Shown: positions 32,297-42,543, counted from the first letter of the whole stretch. The stretch: DNA of 60,956 nucleotides, filler included, from 8 parts of 8 records of this genome joined end to end with filler, not necessarily neighbours in it; one strand, 5' to 3'. Program-made: numbers and translations. Notes: a model not told the origin generated them from the letters alone.

Positions 32297-33622
32297 TTAA
32301 TTACCACTTTTTTTCTTTTTCATTTCTATATACCAATCCTGATCACTATAAAATTTATCTGAACATTCAGGACACATTCCATGACTAAACTCAGCGTCAG
32401 AATGCTGTTGAATATAGGATTCAATTTGATTCCAGTAGCCCTTATCATCTCTAATTTTTTTACATGATGCACAAATAGGCAATAGACCGCTTAATGTCTT
32501 TACCTCGTCCAACGCCTTTTTTAACCTTGATATCAGTTGTTCTCGTTGTTGTTCAGCCTTTTTGCGGTCGGTAATATCCAGAATACCTCCGATGAGTCCA
32601 AGAACGTTATCCTTAGCATCGATAAAGACATTTTTATTAAAAACAACATCACGTAATTCACCTTTTGCATTCTTTACCTGAGATTCGTATTGTTGTTCTT
32701 CCCGGGTATTAAAAAGCTCAAGGTCCTTTTGATGGTATCTCTCTGCTAATTCGGGCGGATTAATATCATAGACAGTTTTGCCGACCAGCTCATCTTTTGA
32801 TTTTCCAAAAAATATTTCAAAAGCATTATTACAACCAATGTATTTCCCGTGAGAATCTTTATAAAAAATGGGTATAGGTATTTCATTTAAAAGCGTTTTT
32901 AGAAACGCTTCACTATTTTGAAGTGCTATCTTTGTTTGTTTTTGCTCCTCAATCTTAATAGTGAGTTCTCTATTCTGGCTTTTTACTCTGTGGAGAATGG
33001 GGCGGCTGAATTTAATGAATAAAAACAGACTTAAAGCAACTAATAAAATTATTGCAGCGGTAACAATCAAAGCAGTGTATAAAAATGGAGCCCGAATTTC
33101 TTTTAAATCCAACTTAGCAACAATCCCCAAGTTTAGTTCCTTAACTGGTTCGTAAGCTGCCAGTACTATTTCCCCTCTGTAATCAAGGCCAATGACAGTT
33201 CCAGATTTCCCTTTCAAGGCCAGTTTCATTGGGATGGCATATTTAGAATCAATATCTACAGGTTTCGGGTTATTTAAATAATAGTGCCGATGGCTTAATA
33301 AAAATACGATTTTATCATTCTCAAGTTTTGCCAGGGTGAACTCTCCTGTTTCACCAAATCCCTTATAGTTTTGATGGGCGTCTCTGACCTGGCTTAAAGT
33401 TGCGGGCAAAGGACCTTCAGGGTAATCGTGGCTGTAGGTTTTATCGAATCGAGCAACAGCTTCGATTAATCTTGCCTGACTTTGAGCGGTTTCTATTAGT
33501 CTTTCTCGCTCTTCTTGAATAGCTGTTTTATATAAGAATAGCATTGTAATACCTGAAGCGGCAAAACAAGATAGAATAAGTATTAAAGCAAGAATGACGA
33601 TATTCTTTTGTTCACTCATCAC
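32297..33622 (-). CDS. Membrane sensor: TM, Cache-like domain, TM, PAS, Cys/His-rich C-terminal domain; no kinase domain
   Basis: GLDYRGEIVLAAYEP Cache-like motif, a PAS/PAC ending LDITDRK and tail LPICASCKKIRDDKGYW...FSHGMCPEC. Confidence 0.8.
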   Translation of the reverse strand: MMSEQKNIVILALILILSCFAASGITMLFLYKTAIQEERERLIETAQSQARLIEAVARFDKTYSHDYPEGPLPATLSQVRDAHQNYKGFGETGEFTLAKLENDKIVFLLSHRHYYLNNPKPVDIDSKYAIPMKLALKGKSGTVIGLDYRGEIVLAAYEPVKELNLGIVAKLDLKEIRAPFLYTALIVTAAIILLVALSLFLFIKFSRPILHRVKSQNRELTIKIEEQKQTKIALQNSEAFLKTLLNEIPIPIFYKDSHGKYIGCNNAFEIFFGKSKDELVGKTVYDINPPELAERYHQKDLELFNTREEQQYESQVKNAKGELRDVVFNKNVFIDAKDNVLGLIGGILDITDRKKAEQQREQLISRLKKALDEVKTLSGLLPICASCKKIRDDKGYWNQIESYIQQHSDAEFSHGMCPECSDKFYSDQDWYIEMKKKKSGN

Positions 33623-34042
33623 GTTAACAAGTATGTTGATATTGAATTGTGCCTTTAGTTGTTCAAAAATATTGTAGCATTTATCAATTCAGAAATACAA
33701 TGATCGCGTGAATATGATAGCTGATAACTTATGGTATGAGCTTTGGACACCGTTCAAAAATTACCAGCAAGAACTACCAGATCTATGCAACGCCCAAGAA
33801 GATCCTTGAGAAAGCGAGCCTGAATAGACAAAAAGCTCGCTTATAATCAGTTATTCTTGCTACCATCTTGTAGATAAAACTGCTATCCCAATAATCCCTT
33901 GACCCACCCAACAGCAATTTGTATATTTTTAGAATCTGAGCGAAACCACTTCTTGGTTTGATCCTACATAACCGATCCCCGGATCTCACTTTCAAGTTTG
34001 AGTATTTTCTGAATAACTAAATTTTCAAACCAGCAACATCTT

Positions 34043-35956
34043 ATGCGGGGTGATTTAATGGCAGAACAACAGAAAGTTTCAAGGAAGCTTAGAGCCATTC
34101 TCAGTGCAGATGTTAAAGGTTACAGCCGCCTCATGTCTGATGATGAAACCTACACAATCAGAACATTGAAAAAATATAGGGAAATCATGTCAGAGATTAT
34201 CGAACAGCATTCCGGGCGTGTCGTTGATGCACCAGGTGATAACCTCATGGCTGAATTTTCAAGCATTGTAAATGCTGTTCAAAGTGCGGTTAAAATTCAA
34301 AAGGTCTTGAAACAAAAAAATGCCGACATCCCCCATGATAAAAAATTTGAGTTTCGCATAGGGGTTAATATCGGTGATGTCGTCGAAGATGGTGGGAGTC
34401 TGTATGGTGAAGGCGTCAATATCGCTGCCCGTATCGAGGGCTTGGCTGATCCTGGCGGAGTATGTATTTCAAGAGGGGCTTATGATCATGTAAAAAATAA
34501 ATTAAAAATAGGCTATGAATTTATTGGAGAACACAGTGTAAAGAACATCAAAGATCCAGTCCGGGTATATAAAGTTTTGATGGCTGATGAAGATGCTGGC
34601 AAGCTTATTGGTGAAAAACCGGTTCAAAAGATTAAAAAATTATATATTGCTGTTGCAGCCGTATTTCTGGTCGCTATCGGAGTAATCGTCACGTCTCAGT
34701 ATCCCTCCAAAAAAGTTCAGCAGCCGGTCGATAGTGTTGATCTCGGATTGGCCGTGTTCCCGACAGCCGATAAACCCTCTATTGCGGTTCTGCCTTTTGA
34801 CAACATGAGCGGTGATCCACAACAGCAGTATTTCTGCGACGGCATTGCCGAACAGATTATTACAGGTCTCTCCCAGGGGCCGTATCTTTATGTTGTATCC
34901 AGGAGTTCCAGTTTTGCTTTCAGAGGGAAATCGCTCACGGCAAAGGAAATCTCTGAAAAACTGAATGTGTGTTACCTGCTCGAAGGCAGTGTTCAAGAAA
35001 ATGCTGATCGGATAAGGATCAATGTCCAACTGATTGACGGTCGTAACGGAAAACATATATGGGCCGAGCATTATGACCGCAGCAAAAAAGATTTTTTTGC
35101 AGTTCAAGATGAGATTACCATGAAAATCCTGGCCACTCTAAACATAGAAGTCACAGGATTTAAGTCGGCAAATCTTAAAAATGTGAGACCTAACAACCTC
35201 AAGGCCTATAAGCATTACCTGAAAGGTTTGTATTTCCATTTGGGACGAAGGCCCGGAGATATCGAAAAAGCACGCAGCGAGTTCAATGAAGCCATTGACC
35301 TGGACCCGAATTTTGCAAAGGCCTACATGCTTTTGGGCCTTGTTGATATGGACGAAATTACGATCCGCAGGGCAAAAACTCCGGAAAAGTATCTCGAAAG
35401 CGCAAAAGAGATGGCACAAAAGGCCATGGCGCTTGATCCTGACAATCCTCCCTACGCATTATGGAGCTATATATATCGTGAGCACGACTATGAAAAAACG
35501 GTTTATTATGGAAAAAAAGGCGTTGAACAGGCCCCTAATGATCCATACCGCTATTATTTCTTGACTCTCGCACAGCGATATGCAGGTGAATACTCTGATG
35601 CCGTTGTTTCAGCGAAAATTGCATTGAAACTCACGCCCTTCAGGCCGGCAAACTTTCTTAACGCCCTTGCTTGGTCTTATGTATATACCAGGCAATATTC
35701 CAAAGCAATTACAGTCTTTGAGGAGATCATTGAAAAGAGCGAGAAATCAATATATGGTTTCTTGGCATATCTCGGACTTTCTGCCGCATATGAACTCACC
35801 GGAAACCATAAAAAAGCTCGTTGGGCTGCAGGACTTGTCATCCGGAGGAATCCCAAATTTACTCTGAAGGGTTTAAGAAAAGTTTATAAAACCAAAAACA
35901 CCAGTGAAAAAGAAATGATTAACGATGCCTGGCGTAAAGCAGGTCTGCCAGAATAA
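34043..35956 (+). CDS. Class III adenylate/guanylate cyclase domain plus TolB-like and TPR protein
   Basis: ILSADVKGYS, GDNLMAEF, RIGVNIGDV, GEGVNIAARIE; KPSIAVLPFDNMS TolB-like motif; TPRs. Start may be 34058. Confidence 0.9.
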   Translation: MRGDLMAEQQKVSRKLRAILSADVKGYSRLMSDDETYTIRTLKKYREIMSEIIEQHSGRVVDAPGDNLMAEFSSIVNAVQSAVKIQKVLKQKNADIPHDKKFEFRIGVNIGDVVEDGGSLYGEGVNIAARIEGLADPGGVCISRGAYDHVKNKLKIGYEFIGEHSVKNIKDPVRVYKVLMADEDAGKLIGEKPVQKIKKLYIAVAAVFLVAIGVIVTSQYPSKKVQQPVDSVDLGLAVFPTADKPSIAVLPFDNMSGDPQQQYFCDGIAEQIITGLSQGPYLYVVSRSSSFAFRGKSLTAKEISEKLNVCYLLEGSVQENADRIRINVQLIDGRNGKHIWAEHYDRSKKDFFAVQDEITMKILATLNIEVTGFKSANLKNVRPNNLKAYKHYLKGLYFHLGRRPGDIEKARSEFNEAIDLDPNFAKAYMLLGLVDMDEITIRRAKTPEKYLESAKEMAQKAMALDPDNPPYALWSYIYREHDYEKTVYYGKKGVEQAPNDPYRYYFLTLAQRYAGEYSDAVVSAKIALKLTPFRPANFLNALAWSYVYTRQYSKAITVFEEIIEKSEKSIYGFLAYLGLSAAYELTGNHKKARWAAGLVIRRNPKFTLKGLRKVYKTKNTSEKEMINDAWRKAGLPE

Positions 35957-36212
35957 TAATATAGGCTGTTTTATGCCGTGATGATTATTGACTATGTTGG
36001 GAAGCTACCCTGTTCAATAATGGTATTTAAGGACTCCCAAACCATTATGGAAGCGGCGTTGGCTACTTTTGTTATTGGTGACCTGGATCGAAAATCTGAT
36101 AGATCAAATCAAGTGTCTGAGGTGAGGACTTCCCTTCGGTCAGGCTCCGTTTTTCGGCCAGACGACTCCAACAGACTTTCCCTGTAACTCATGTCCAGAA
36201 AAATCTTTTTTT

Positions 36213-36312
36213 NNNNNNNNNNNNNNNNNNNNNNNNNNNNNNNNNNNNNNNNNNNNTTAATTAATTAANNNNNNNNNNNNNNNNNNNNNNNNNNNNNNNN
36301 NNNNNNNNNNNN
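36213..36312. other. Artificial contig linker
   Basis: N-run, TTAATTAATTAA, N-run. Confidence 0.98.
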
Positions 36313-36570
36313 TTTTATCTCTATATCTGTATCTATAACTTCCATGACATATTTACCACCAGGAATCACTATAAAGTCATAGTCTTCAACATCAATCTCA
36401 TCTATTAAATAATCAGCAAGGATGGATTGTCCATACGCTGTTTTTAAAGTCTTAGTTTGATGATTTGCTATACTATCCATCTCATATCCAGCACGTACCA
36501 AAAGCGCTCTTGTTCCAAGTGCTTCCACATCTTCCATATGATTTGAAAATACAATTAATCCTCTCATCAT
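36313..36570 (-). CDS. DJ-1/PfpI (YajL-like) family protein, 3' truncated
   Basis: MEDVEAL...LVRAG and YDFIVIPGG. Confidence 0.8.
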
Positions 36571-37155
36571 TTACCCCTTAAAAAGTTGTTGATAAATCTT
36601 AGCAATCAGCATTGATCCTTCGTGGGATTCAAATTTTTTATAAGCTTCATAGTGATTATCCATCCCAACAATATCTGAGATGATTTTAATACTAATTATT
36701 GGTATTTGATAGTGATGTGCCACTTGATAAAGTGCAGCACCTTCCATATCAGCAACATATGGTATATCAACAGATTCCGTCATAAAATAATCACCTGTGA
36801 ATAAAGTTGCTCTTTTGATGTCAGGATATTTTTGGACTAAATCACTTACTAATTGTTTGTCTGATTTAAAAACCGTAGGACAACCTGGCACTTGTCCTTC
36901 TTCGTATCCAAAAAACGTTAAATCAAAATCATGATATTTTACTTGATCAATTAAAACCATTTCACCAATTTGAAAATGGTGACTACCACCAGCGAATCCT
37001 ACATTATATATTTTTGTGACATCATATTTATGAATTGCTTCTGTAAGTTTCATGGCTGCATTAACTTTACCAATACCCGTTTGAATAACAACTGCTTGTT
37101 CATTATCTTTTACTTCTGATAATTCTTCTTTCATTGCTCCAACAAATAAAATCAT
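36571..37155 (-). CDS. mtnN: 5'-methylthioadenosine/S-adenosylhomocysteine nucleosidase
   Basis: GAMKEE, GIGKVNAA, YHDFD..FGY..GQVPG, DMEGAA and IISD. Confidence 0.88.
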   Translation of the reverse strand: MILFVGAMKEELSEVKDNEQAVVIQTGIGKVNAAMKLTEAIHKYDVTKIYNVGFAGGSHHFQIGEMVLIDQVKYHDFDLTFFGYEEGQVPGCPTVFKSDKQLVSDLVQKYPDIKRATLFTGDYFMTESVDIPYVADMEGAALYQVAHHYQIPIISIKIISDIVGMDNHYEAYKKFESHEGSMLIAKIYQQLFKG

Positions 37156-37156
37156 A

Positions 37157-37777
37157 TTATGCGCCTACAATCTGTTTGATTTTAGCAACGATGATATCAA
37201 CTGCAATATCATGTTTTCTATCATTTGGAATGATTACATCTGCAAAACGTTTTGTTGGCCTAATATATCTGTGAAACATCGGCTTAACAGTTTTTTCATA
37301 TTGAGCAATAATAGATTCTAATGAACGCCCACGTTCATGCATGTCTCTAAGCATTCTTCTGATAAATCTTGTATCTTCATCAGCAGTAACAAATAATTTA
37401 ATATCTGCTAAATCTCTAATTTTTTCGTTTTCTAAAATTAATATACCTTCAACAATAATAATGGGTTTAGGTTGTATATGCTCTATTTTTTTACTTCTTG
37501 TATGATTGAGAAAATCATAAACAGGTTTGTCAATTGATTGGCCATTTAATAGTTTTTCCAGGTGGTTAAAAAGCAACTCATTGTCAAGTGAGTTAGGATG
37601 ATCATAATTTGTCTCTTGTCTTTTTTCAATTGTGAGTTCACTTTGGTCCAAATAATAGTCATCATGTTTTAAAATCACAACATCATCTAGTCCAGCTTTA
37701 TCCAATATTTCTTCAACAACTGTACTTTTACCTGATGCTGAACCCCCAGATACTAATATAAGTAATGGCTTATTCAT
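37157..37777 (-). CDS. udk: Uridine kinase
   Basis: GGSASGKST, NYDHP, IVEGIL, RDMHERGRS and PTKRFADVIIP. Confidence 0.93.
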   Translation of the reverse strand: MNKPLLILVSGGSASGKSTVVEEILDKAGLDDVVILKHDDYYLDQSELTIEKRQETNYDHPNSLDNELLFNHLEKLLNGQSIDKPVYDFLNHTRSKKIEHIQPKPIIIVEGILILENEKIRDLADIKLFVTADEDTRFIRRMLRDMHERGRSLESIIAQYEKTVKPMFHRYIRPTKRFADVIIPNDRKHDIAVDIIVAKIKQIVGA

Positions 37778-37796
37778 ATCGCTCCTGCTTTCTATA

Positions 37797-38108
37797 TTAA
37801 ATCACACACTCAGGTGCTAATTTGGCTTGTTCTTCTAAATTAATGATATCATCAAAGTCATGGTGTCTTTTAAACCAAACAACCGCATATGGACAAGTCG
37901 CAACCACTTTTAAACCTTGAGATTTTATATATTTGCATGTTTCAAACATCAATTTTGACGCAACACCTTGGCCTCTTAAACTTGGGTCAACAAATGTATG
38001 ATCAATGACAACTGTTGCTTCGTCATATGATGGAAATGTCGCTTCTACTATCATTTTTCCTGATGCATCTTCAACATGAATACGATTTTTATCGTAGATA
38101 AAGTTCAT
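37797..38108 (-). CDS. Small GNAT acetyltransferase (YjdJ-like)
   Basis: IDHTFVDPSLRGQGVA and ATCPY; ATG at 38108 has a GAGGAG RBS. Confidence 0.85.
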   Translation of the reverse strand: MNFIYDKNRIHVEDASGKMIVEATFPSYDEATVVIDHTFVDPSLRGQGVASKLMFETCKYIKSQGLKVVATCPYAVVWFKRHHDFDDIINLEEQAKLAPECVI

Positions 38109-38226
38109 TTTATCAACTCCTCTAATAGAGTATATCACACTTTATTTATCATGTCATTATGAAAAGATTATTTAATTTATTTTTATAAATCATGTAAATT
38201 TTAGCAAAATCATTATTTTATTATGT

Positions 38227-38273
38227 TTATAAATAAATGCACTATTTATAATAAAATAAGCATTTATTTATAA
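38227..38273. promoter_or_regulatory. 14-bp perfect inverted repeat in divergent promoter region (candidate operator)
   Basis: TTATAAATAAATGC-N19-GCATTTATTTATAA. Confidence 0.45.
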
Positions 38274-38323
38274 TAATAGATTTTCTCGTGTTATAATATA
38301 AAAGAATTATATTGGAGGAACTT

Positions 38324-40171
38324 ATGGATAAAAAACAATTATATTTTGAAACGATTAATGTCATCTTATCAGTCATCTTTATGATCTCTGCATGGATTCT
38401 ATCTTTATATTTAGAAAGCGATGGATGGTATGTTATTCTACTCTACGGACTCGCATTTGTTGTTGGTGGTTTTTTTAAAGCCATAGAAGGTGTAAAAGAA
38501 ACCATTGAAAATAAATCATTGAATGTAGAAATACTGATGATACTTGCTGCCATCGGTGCCTTTGTGGTTGATGATTATCGAGAAGGTGCCATTCTTATAT
38601 TTATTTTTGCACTTAGTGGCGTATTAGAAAGTTTTGCAACATCAAAAAGCGAAAAAGCACTCACAAGTCTTTTAAACTTAGCACCTCAAACAGCACAACT
38701 TCTTATTGATGGTATTGAAGTCACTGTACCTGTTAAGGATTTAAAAATAGGTGATAAAGTCGTCGTTAAAGTCGGAGAACTCATACCTGTTGATGGTAAG
38801 ATTATCGATGGTTCCACATCTCTTGATCAAGCAGCAATCACTGGTGAATATTTACCTGTTTCAAAATCTATAGATGATAAAGTATTTGCTGGGTCTATGA
38901 ATATTGAATCTTCAGTTGTGATAGAAAACAATGTAGATCCAAAAGAATCAGTGGTTCAAAAAATTATTGATTTAGTACAAAACGCGCAAGAAAACAAAAC
39001 ACAATCACAATCTTTAATTGATAAAATAGAAAAATATTATGTCTACATCGTTATCATTCTATCAGTCATGATGATGTTTATACCCGTATGGACAGGATGG
39101 CTTGATCAAGCTGAAGCATTTAGAAGAGGTATTGTTGTACTTGTTGTTGGGTCCCCTTGTGCATTAGTCGCATCCATTACTCCAGCGATGCTATCAAGTT
39201 TATCAAATGCAGCACATAAAAGAATTCTAATTAAAAGTGGTAAAACCTTAGAAGATTTATTTAAAATAGATACCATTGTTTTAGATAAAACAGGTACAAT
39301 TACAACAGGTGTGCCTAAAGTGGTACGAATCGAAATCATTGATTCACTTGATCATAGTTATATAAAAGACTTAGTTTACACTGTAGAAAAACATTCAAAT
39401 CATCCACTTGCTCTTGCCATCTCTTCTTACTTAGAAACTGATGCAAAATCATTGAATGTAAAGTCAAAAGAAATCTCAGGCCGTGGTATGCAAACTACCA
39501 TTGGAGAAGATATATGGAAAATCGGAAGATTTGAAGCTAAACAAAATGCTTCTATTATTGATAAATACAACACATGTACATCTCTTGGTCACTCCACAGT
39601 TCATATTATTAAAAATGATGAAATCGTAGGGTTTATTGCACTCATGGATACGATTAGAGATCATGTCAGTGACGTCATTGATGATTTAAACAACCAAAAC
39701 ATCACATCTCACTTAATGACTGGTGATAATGCTTATACCGCCAAATACATCGCTGACCAGTCACATGTATCATCATATATGGCAAACTGCTTCCCTGAAG
39801 ACAAAGCGTCTAAAGTCATTGCATTACAAAAAGAAAACCATAAAGTGATTATGGTTGGTGATGGCATAAATGATGCACCCGCACTTGCTCAAGCAGATGT
39901 GGGCATCGCAATGGGTGCTGGTACTGATGTCTCTATTGAAACTGCTGATATCATATTTATGAATAACAATATTGAAAATTTACCACTGCTTATCAAACTT
40001 TCAAAACGCATGCGAAATATTACATTACAAAACATTATATTTGCCATATCAGTCATCGTATTACTGATGATTAGCAATATTTTTGGATTGGTAGAATTGC
40101 CTTTAGGTGTGCTATTTCATGAGGGTTCTACTATCCTTGTGATTCTTAATAGCTTACGATTATTGAAATAA
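38324..40171 (+). CDS. P1B-4 heavy-metal P-type ATPase (PfeT/ZosA-like, Fe/Co/Zn export)
   Basis: TGE, GSPCAL, DKTGT, HP, TGD, GDGINDAP and HEGST; no N-terminal metal-binding domain; GGAGG RBS before ATG 38324. Confidence 0.9.
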   Translation: MDKKQLYFETINVILSVIFMISAWILSLYLESDGWYVILLYGLAFVVGGFFKAIEGVKETIENKSLNVEILMILAAIGAFVVDDYREGAILIFIFALSGVLESFATSKSEKALTSLLNLAPQTAQLLIDGIEVTVPVKDLKIGDKVVVKVGELIPVDGKIIDGSTSLDQAAITGEYLPVSKSIDDKVFAGSMNIESSVVIENNVDPKESVVQKIIDLVQNAQENKTQSQSLIDKIEKYYVYIVIILSVMMMFIPVWTGWLDQAEAFRRGIVVLVVGSPCALVASITPAMLSSLSNAAHKRILIKSGKTLEDLFKIDTIVLDKTGTITTGVPKVVRIEIIDSLDHSYIKDLVYTVEKHSNHPLALAISSYLETDAKSLNVKSKEISGRGMQTTIGEDIWKIGRFEAKQNASIIDKYNTCTSLGHSTVHIIKNDEIVGFIALMDTIRDHVSDVIDDLNNQNITSHLMTGDNAYTAKYIADQSHVSSYMANCFPEDKASKVIALQKENHKVIMVGDGINDAPALAQADVGIAMGAGTDVSIETADIIFMNNNIENLPLLIKLSKRMRNITLQNIIFAISVIVLLMISNIFGLVELPLGVLFHEGSTILVILNSLRLLK

Positions 40172-40176
40172 CTTAT

Positions 40177-40204
40177 AAAATACGGTTAGCCACCGTATTT
40201 TTTA
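40177..40204 (+). terminator. Intrinsic terminator
   Basis: AAAATACGGT-tagcc-ACCGTATTTT plus a T run just after the stop codon. Confidence 0.75.
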
Positions 40205-40282
40205 TGATACAATGAAGGCAAAGGGTTTTCATAACAACAATCGCATACGCAATAAAAATTTTGTTAATAAGGAGGTTTTACT

Positions 40283-42454
40283 ATGCATAGTCAAACACTA
40301 TTAGCAATCTCAATTGGCATCGCGGCTTTTTCTGCAATGATTGCTATTTTATATGCATTTATACTAAAGCGTAAGTTAGAAAAGATTGAAGTTGCCCATC
40401 AAAAAGTTGATGAAATTTCAACTTATATTAGAGATGGTGCAATCGCATTTATGAAACGACAATATCGTATTATCATCATGTTTTCAGTAGGTATCGCCTT
40501 ATTGCTCACTTTACTTGGCTTCTTGCCTGTCTTAAGTGAAGCTGAAGGGGTAGGATGGCATGCTGCAATTGCATTTTTACTTGGTGCACTTTTATCAGCT
40601 ACTGCTGGTATTGTAGGCATGTTAACTGCGACAAAAGCCAATGCAAGAACAACTGATCAAGCAAATACTTCAGGGATGCCAAGCGCTCTAAATGTTGCCT
40701 TTTCTGGTGGTTCTGTTTTAGGACTAACCGTTGTAGGACTTGGATTATTTGGTCTTTTAGTCATATTTATTCTATGTTTTTACATATTTGGTGGCTTTAC
40801 AGACCAAGCAGAACTTCAATATCGTGCACTTGTTGAATCCGTACAAGTCGTGACCGGTTACGGTCTTGGTGCTTCATTGATTGCACTATTTGGCCGTGTT
40901 GGAGGTGGCATTTATACGAAAGCCGCTGATGTTGGTGCTGATTTAGTCGGTAAAGTTGAATCTAACATTCCCGAAGATGATCCAAGAAATCCAGCAGTCA
41001 TTGCTGACAATGTAGGGGATAATGTAGGGGATATTGCAGGTATGGGCTCAGATTTAACAGAGAGCTATGTTGGATCAATTATATCTGCATTAACACTTGG
41101 ATTATATGCATTTGTTATCACAGCACCTCAAACCACCATCACAACTTCAATCGTTCATCAAGTTGTATCAAATATATCATTTCCATTTGTTTTATCAGCA
41201 TCAGGCGCGCTTGCTGCCGTGCTTGCTATCATTTTTATAAGATCTAAAAAATGGGAACATCCTCAAAAAGCATTAAACACAGCAACCTATAGTGCATTTG
41301 GATTAATGATGATCATCACATTAATCTTAAGTTTCATTTATTTTGATGGTAGTCGCGTATATCACATATTTGGCGCAGTAACAACCGGACTCATTGTAGG
41401 TATTCTTATCGGATTCATTGCAGAATATTATACTTCTGATAAATATAGACATGTAAAAGAGATTATCAAAGAATCTAGGACAGGCCCAGCTACAAATATT
41501 ATCTCTGGATTTAGTATAGGTATGCAATCGACTTTTCTTACGATTATTGTATTAGTAACAGGCATCATATGTGCATATTTGTTTACTGGTGATATGTATG
41601 GCATTGCACTTGCTTCAGTAGGTATGTTATCAACTGCAGGTATAACTATTGCTGTTGATGCTTATGGTCCTATTGCAGACAATGCAGGCGGATTAGCTGA
41701 GATGGCTGAATTGGATCCTAAAGTGAGAAAAATTACTGATAGGTTAGATGCAGTCGGCAATACTACTGCAGCAATCGGTAAAGGTTTTTGTATAGGTTCT
41801 GCTGCACTTACTTCTATAGGTCTATTTTTTGCATTTGAAAAATCATCAGGTATTCAAACGACTACAGGCATTAATCTTTTACAACCAGGCGTGCTTATAG
41901 GAGTATTTATTGGCGCGATGCTCCCTTATTTATTTTCATCACTCGTGATTAAATCCGTAGGACGTGCAGCCAATGAGATGATTGCAGAAGTTAGAAGACA
42001 ATATATCGAAAAACCTGGGATCTTAGCAGGTACTGAATTACCAGATTATCGCTCATGTGTAGATATTTCTACTAAAGCAGCACTCCATCAAATGATACTA
42101 CCCGCAATGATTGCGGTTGGATCACCTATCATCATTGGTATACTTTTAGGTGTACATGGTCTAGGTGGTATGTTAGTTGGTGCACTAGTATCAGCCATGA
42201 TGCTTGCCATTTTTATGGCAAACGCAGGTGGTGCTTGGGATAATGCCAAAAAACATATTGAAGAAAACCATGATGGTGGAAAAGGCACTGATTTACATAA
42301 AGCAACCGTTGTAGGAGATACTGTCGGTGATCCACTAAAAGATACAGCAGGACCATCCATGGATATCTTAATTAAACTCATGAGTATTGTATCACTTGTC
42401 TTTGTTCCAGTACTCACCCAAATTGAACCACTTTTAAAATTTTTATTTAATTAA
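40283..42454 (+). CDS. hppA: Membrane-bound pyrophosphatase, K+-dependent, probably Na+-translocating
   Basis: GGIYTKAADVGADLVGKVE, EDDPRN, DNVGDNVGD, DAYGPIADNAGG, GNTTAA and GDTVGDPLKDTAGP. Confidence 0.95.
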   Translation: MHSQTLLAISIGIAAFSAMIAILYAFILKRKLEKIEVAHQKVDEISTYIRDGAIAFMKRQYRIIIMFSVGIALLLTLLGFLPVLSEAEGVGWHAAIAFLLGALLSATAGIVGMLTATKANARTTDQANTSGMPSALNVAFSGGSVLGLTVVGLGLFGLLVIFILCFYIFGGFTDQAELQYRALVESVQVVTGYGLGASLIALFGRVGGGIYTKAADVGADLVGKVESNIPEDDPRNPAVIADNVGDNVGDIAGMGSDLTESYVGSIISALTLGLYAFVITAPQTTITTSIVHQVVSNISFPFVLSASGALAAVLAIIFIRSKKWEHPQKALNTATYSAFGLMMIITLILSFIYFDGSRVYHIFGAVTTGLIVGILIGFIAEYYTSDKYRHVKEIIKESRTGPATNIISGFSIGMQSTFLTIIVLVTGIICAYLFTGDMYGIALASVGMLSTAGITIAVDAYGPIADNAGGLAEMAELDPKVRKITDRLDAVGNTTAAIGKGFCIGSAALTSIGLFFAFEKSSGIQTTTGINLLQPGVLIGVFIGAMLPYLFSSLVIKSVGRAANEMIAEVRRQYIEKPGILAGTELPDYRSCVDISTKAALHQMILPAMIAVGSPIIIGILLGVHGLGGMLVGALVSAMMLAIFMANAGGAWDNAKKHIEENHDGGKGTDLHKATVVGDTVGDPLKDTAGPSMDILIKLMSIVSLVFVPVLTQIEPLLKFLFN

Positions 42455-42460
42455 AAGAAA

Positions 42461-42498
42461 AAGATGGCATATCAAATGATATGTCATCTTATTTTTTT
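42461..42498. terminator. Probable bidirectional intrinsic terminator
   Basis: AAGATGGCATATCA-aa-TGATATGTCATCTT flanked by A and T runs, between hppA and the convergent tRNA. Confidence 0.75.
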
Positions 42499-42509
42499 GC
42501 AAAAAAAAA

Positions 42510-42543
42510 TGGCGCCCACACAAGGACTCGAACCTTGGACCCC
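42510..42543 (-). tRNA. 3' part of a tRNA gene (isotype cannot be determined; truncated by the contig end)
   Basis: Reverse complement GGGGTCCAAGGTTCGAGTCCTTGTGTGGGCGCCA: T-arm CAAGG-TTCGAGT-CCTTG, acceptor strand and encoded CCA. Confidence 0.85.

Noticed and set aside
35978-36187. Small ORF after the cyclase gene
   Set aside because: No RBS or recognisable motif; cannot be supported.
36313-42543. Alternative genetic code in the Mollicutes-like contig
   Set aside because: All genes read full length under the standard bacterial code with TGG Trp codons; no in-frame TGA readthrough is needed.
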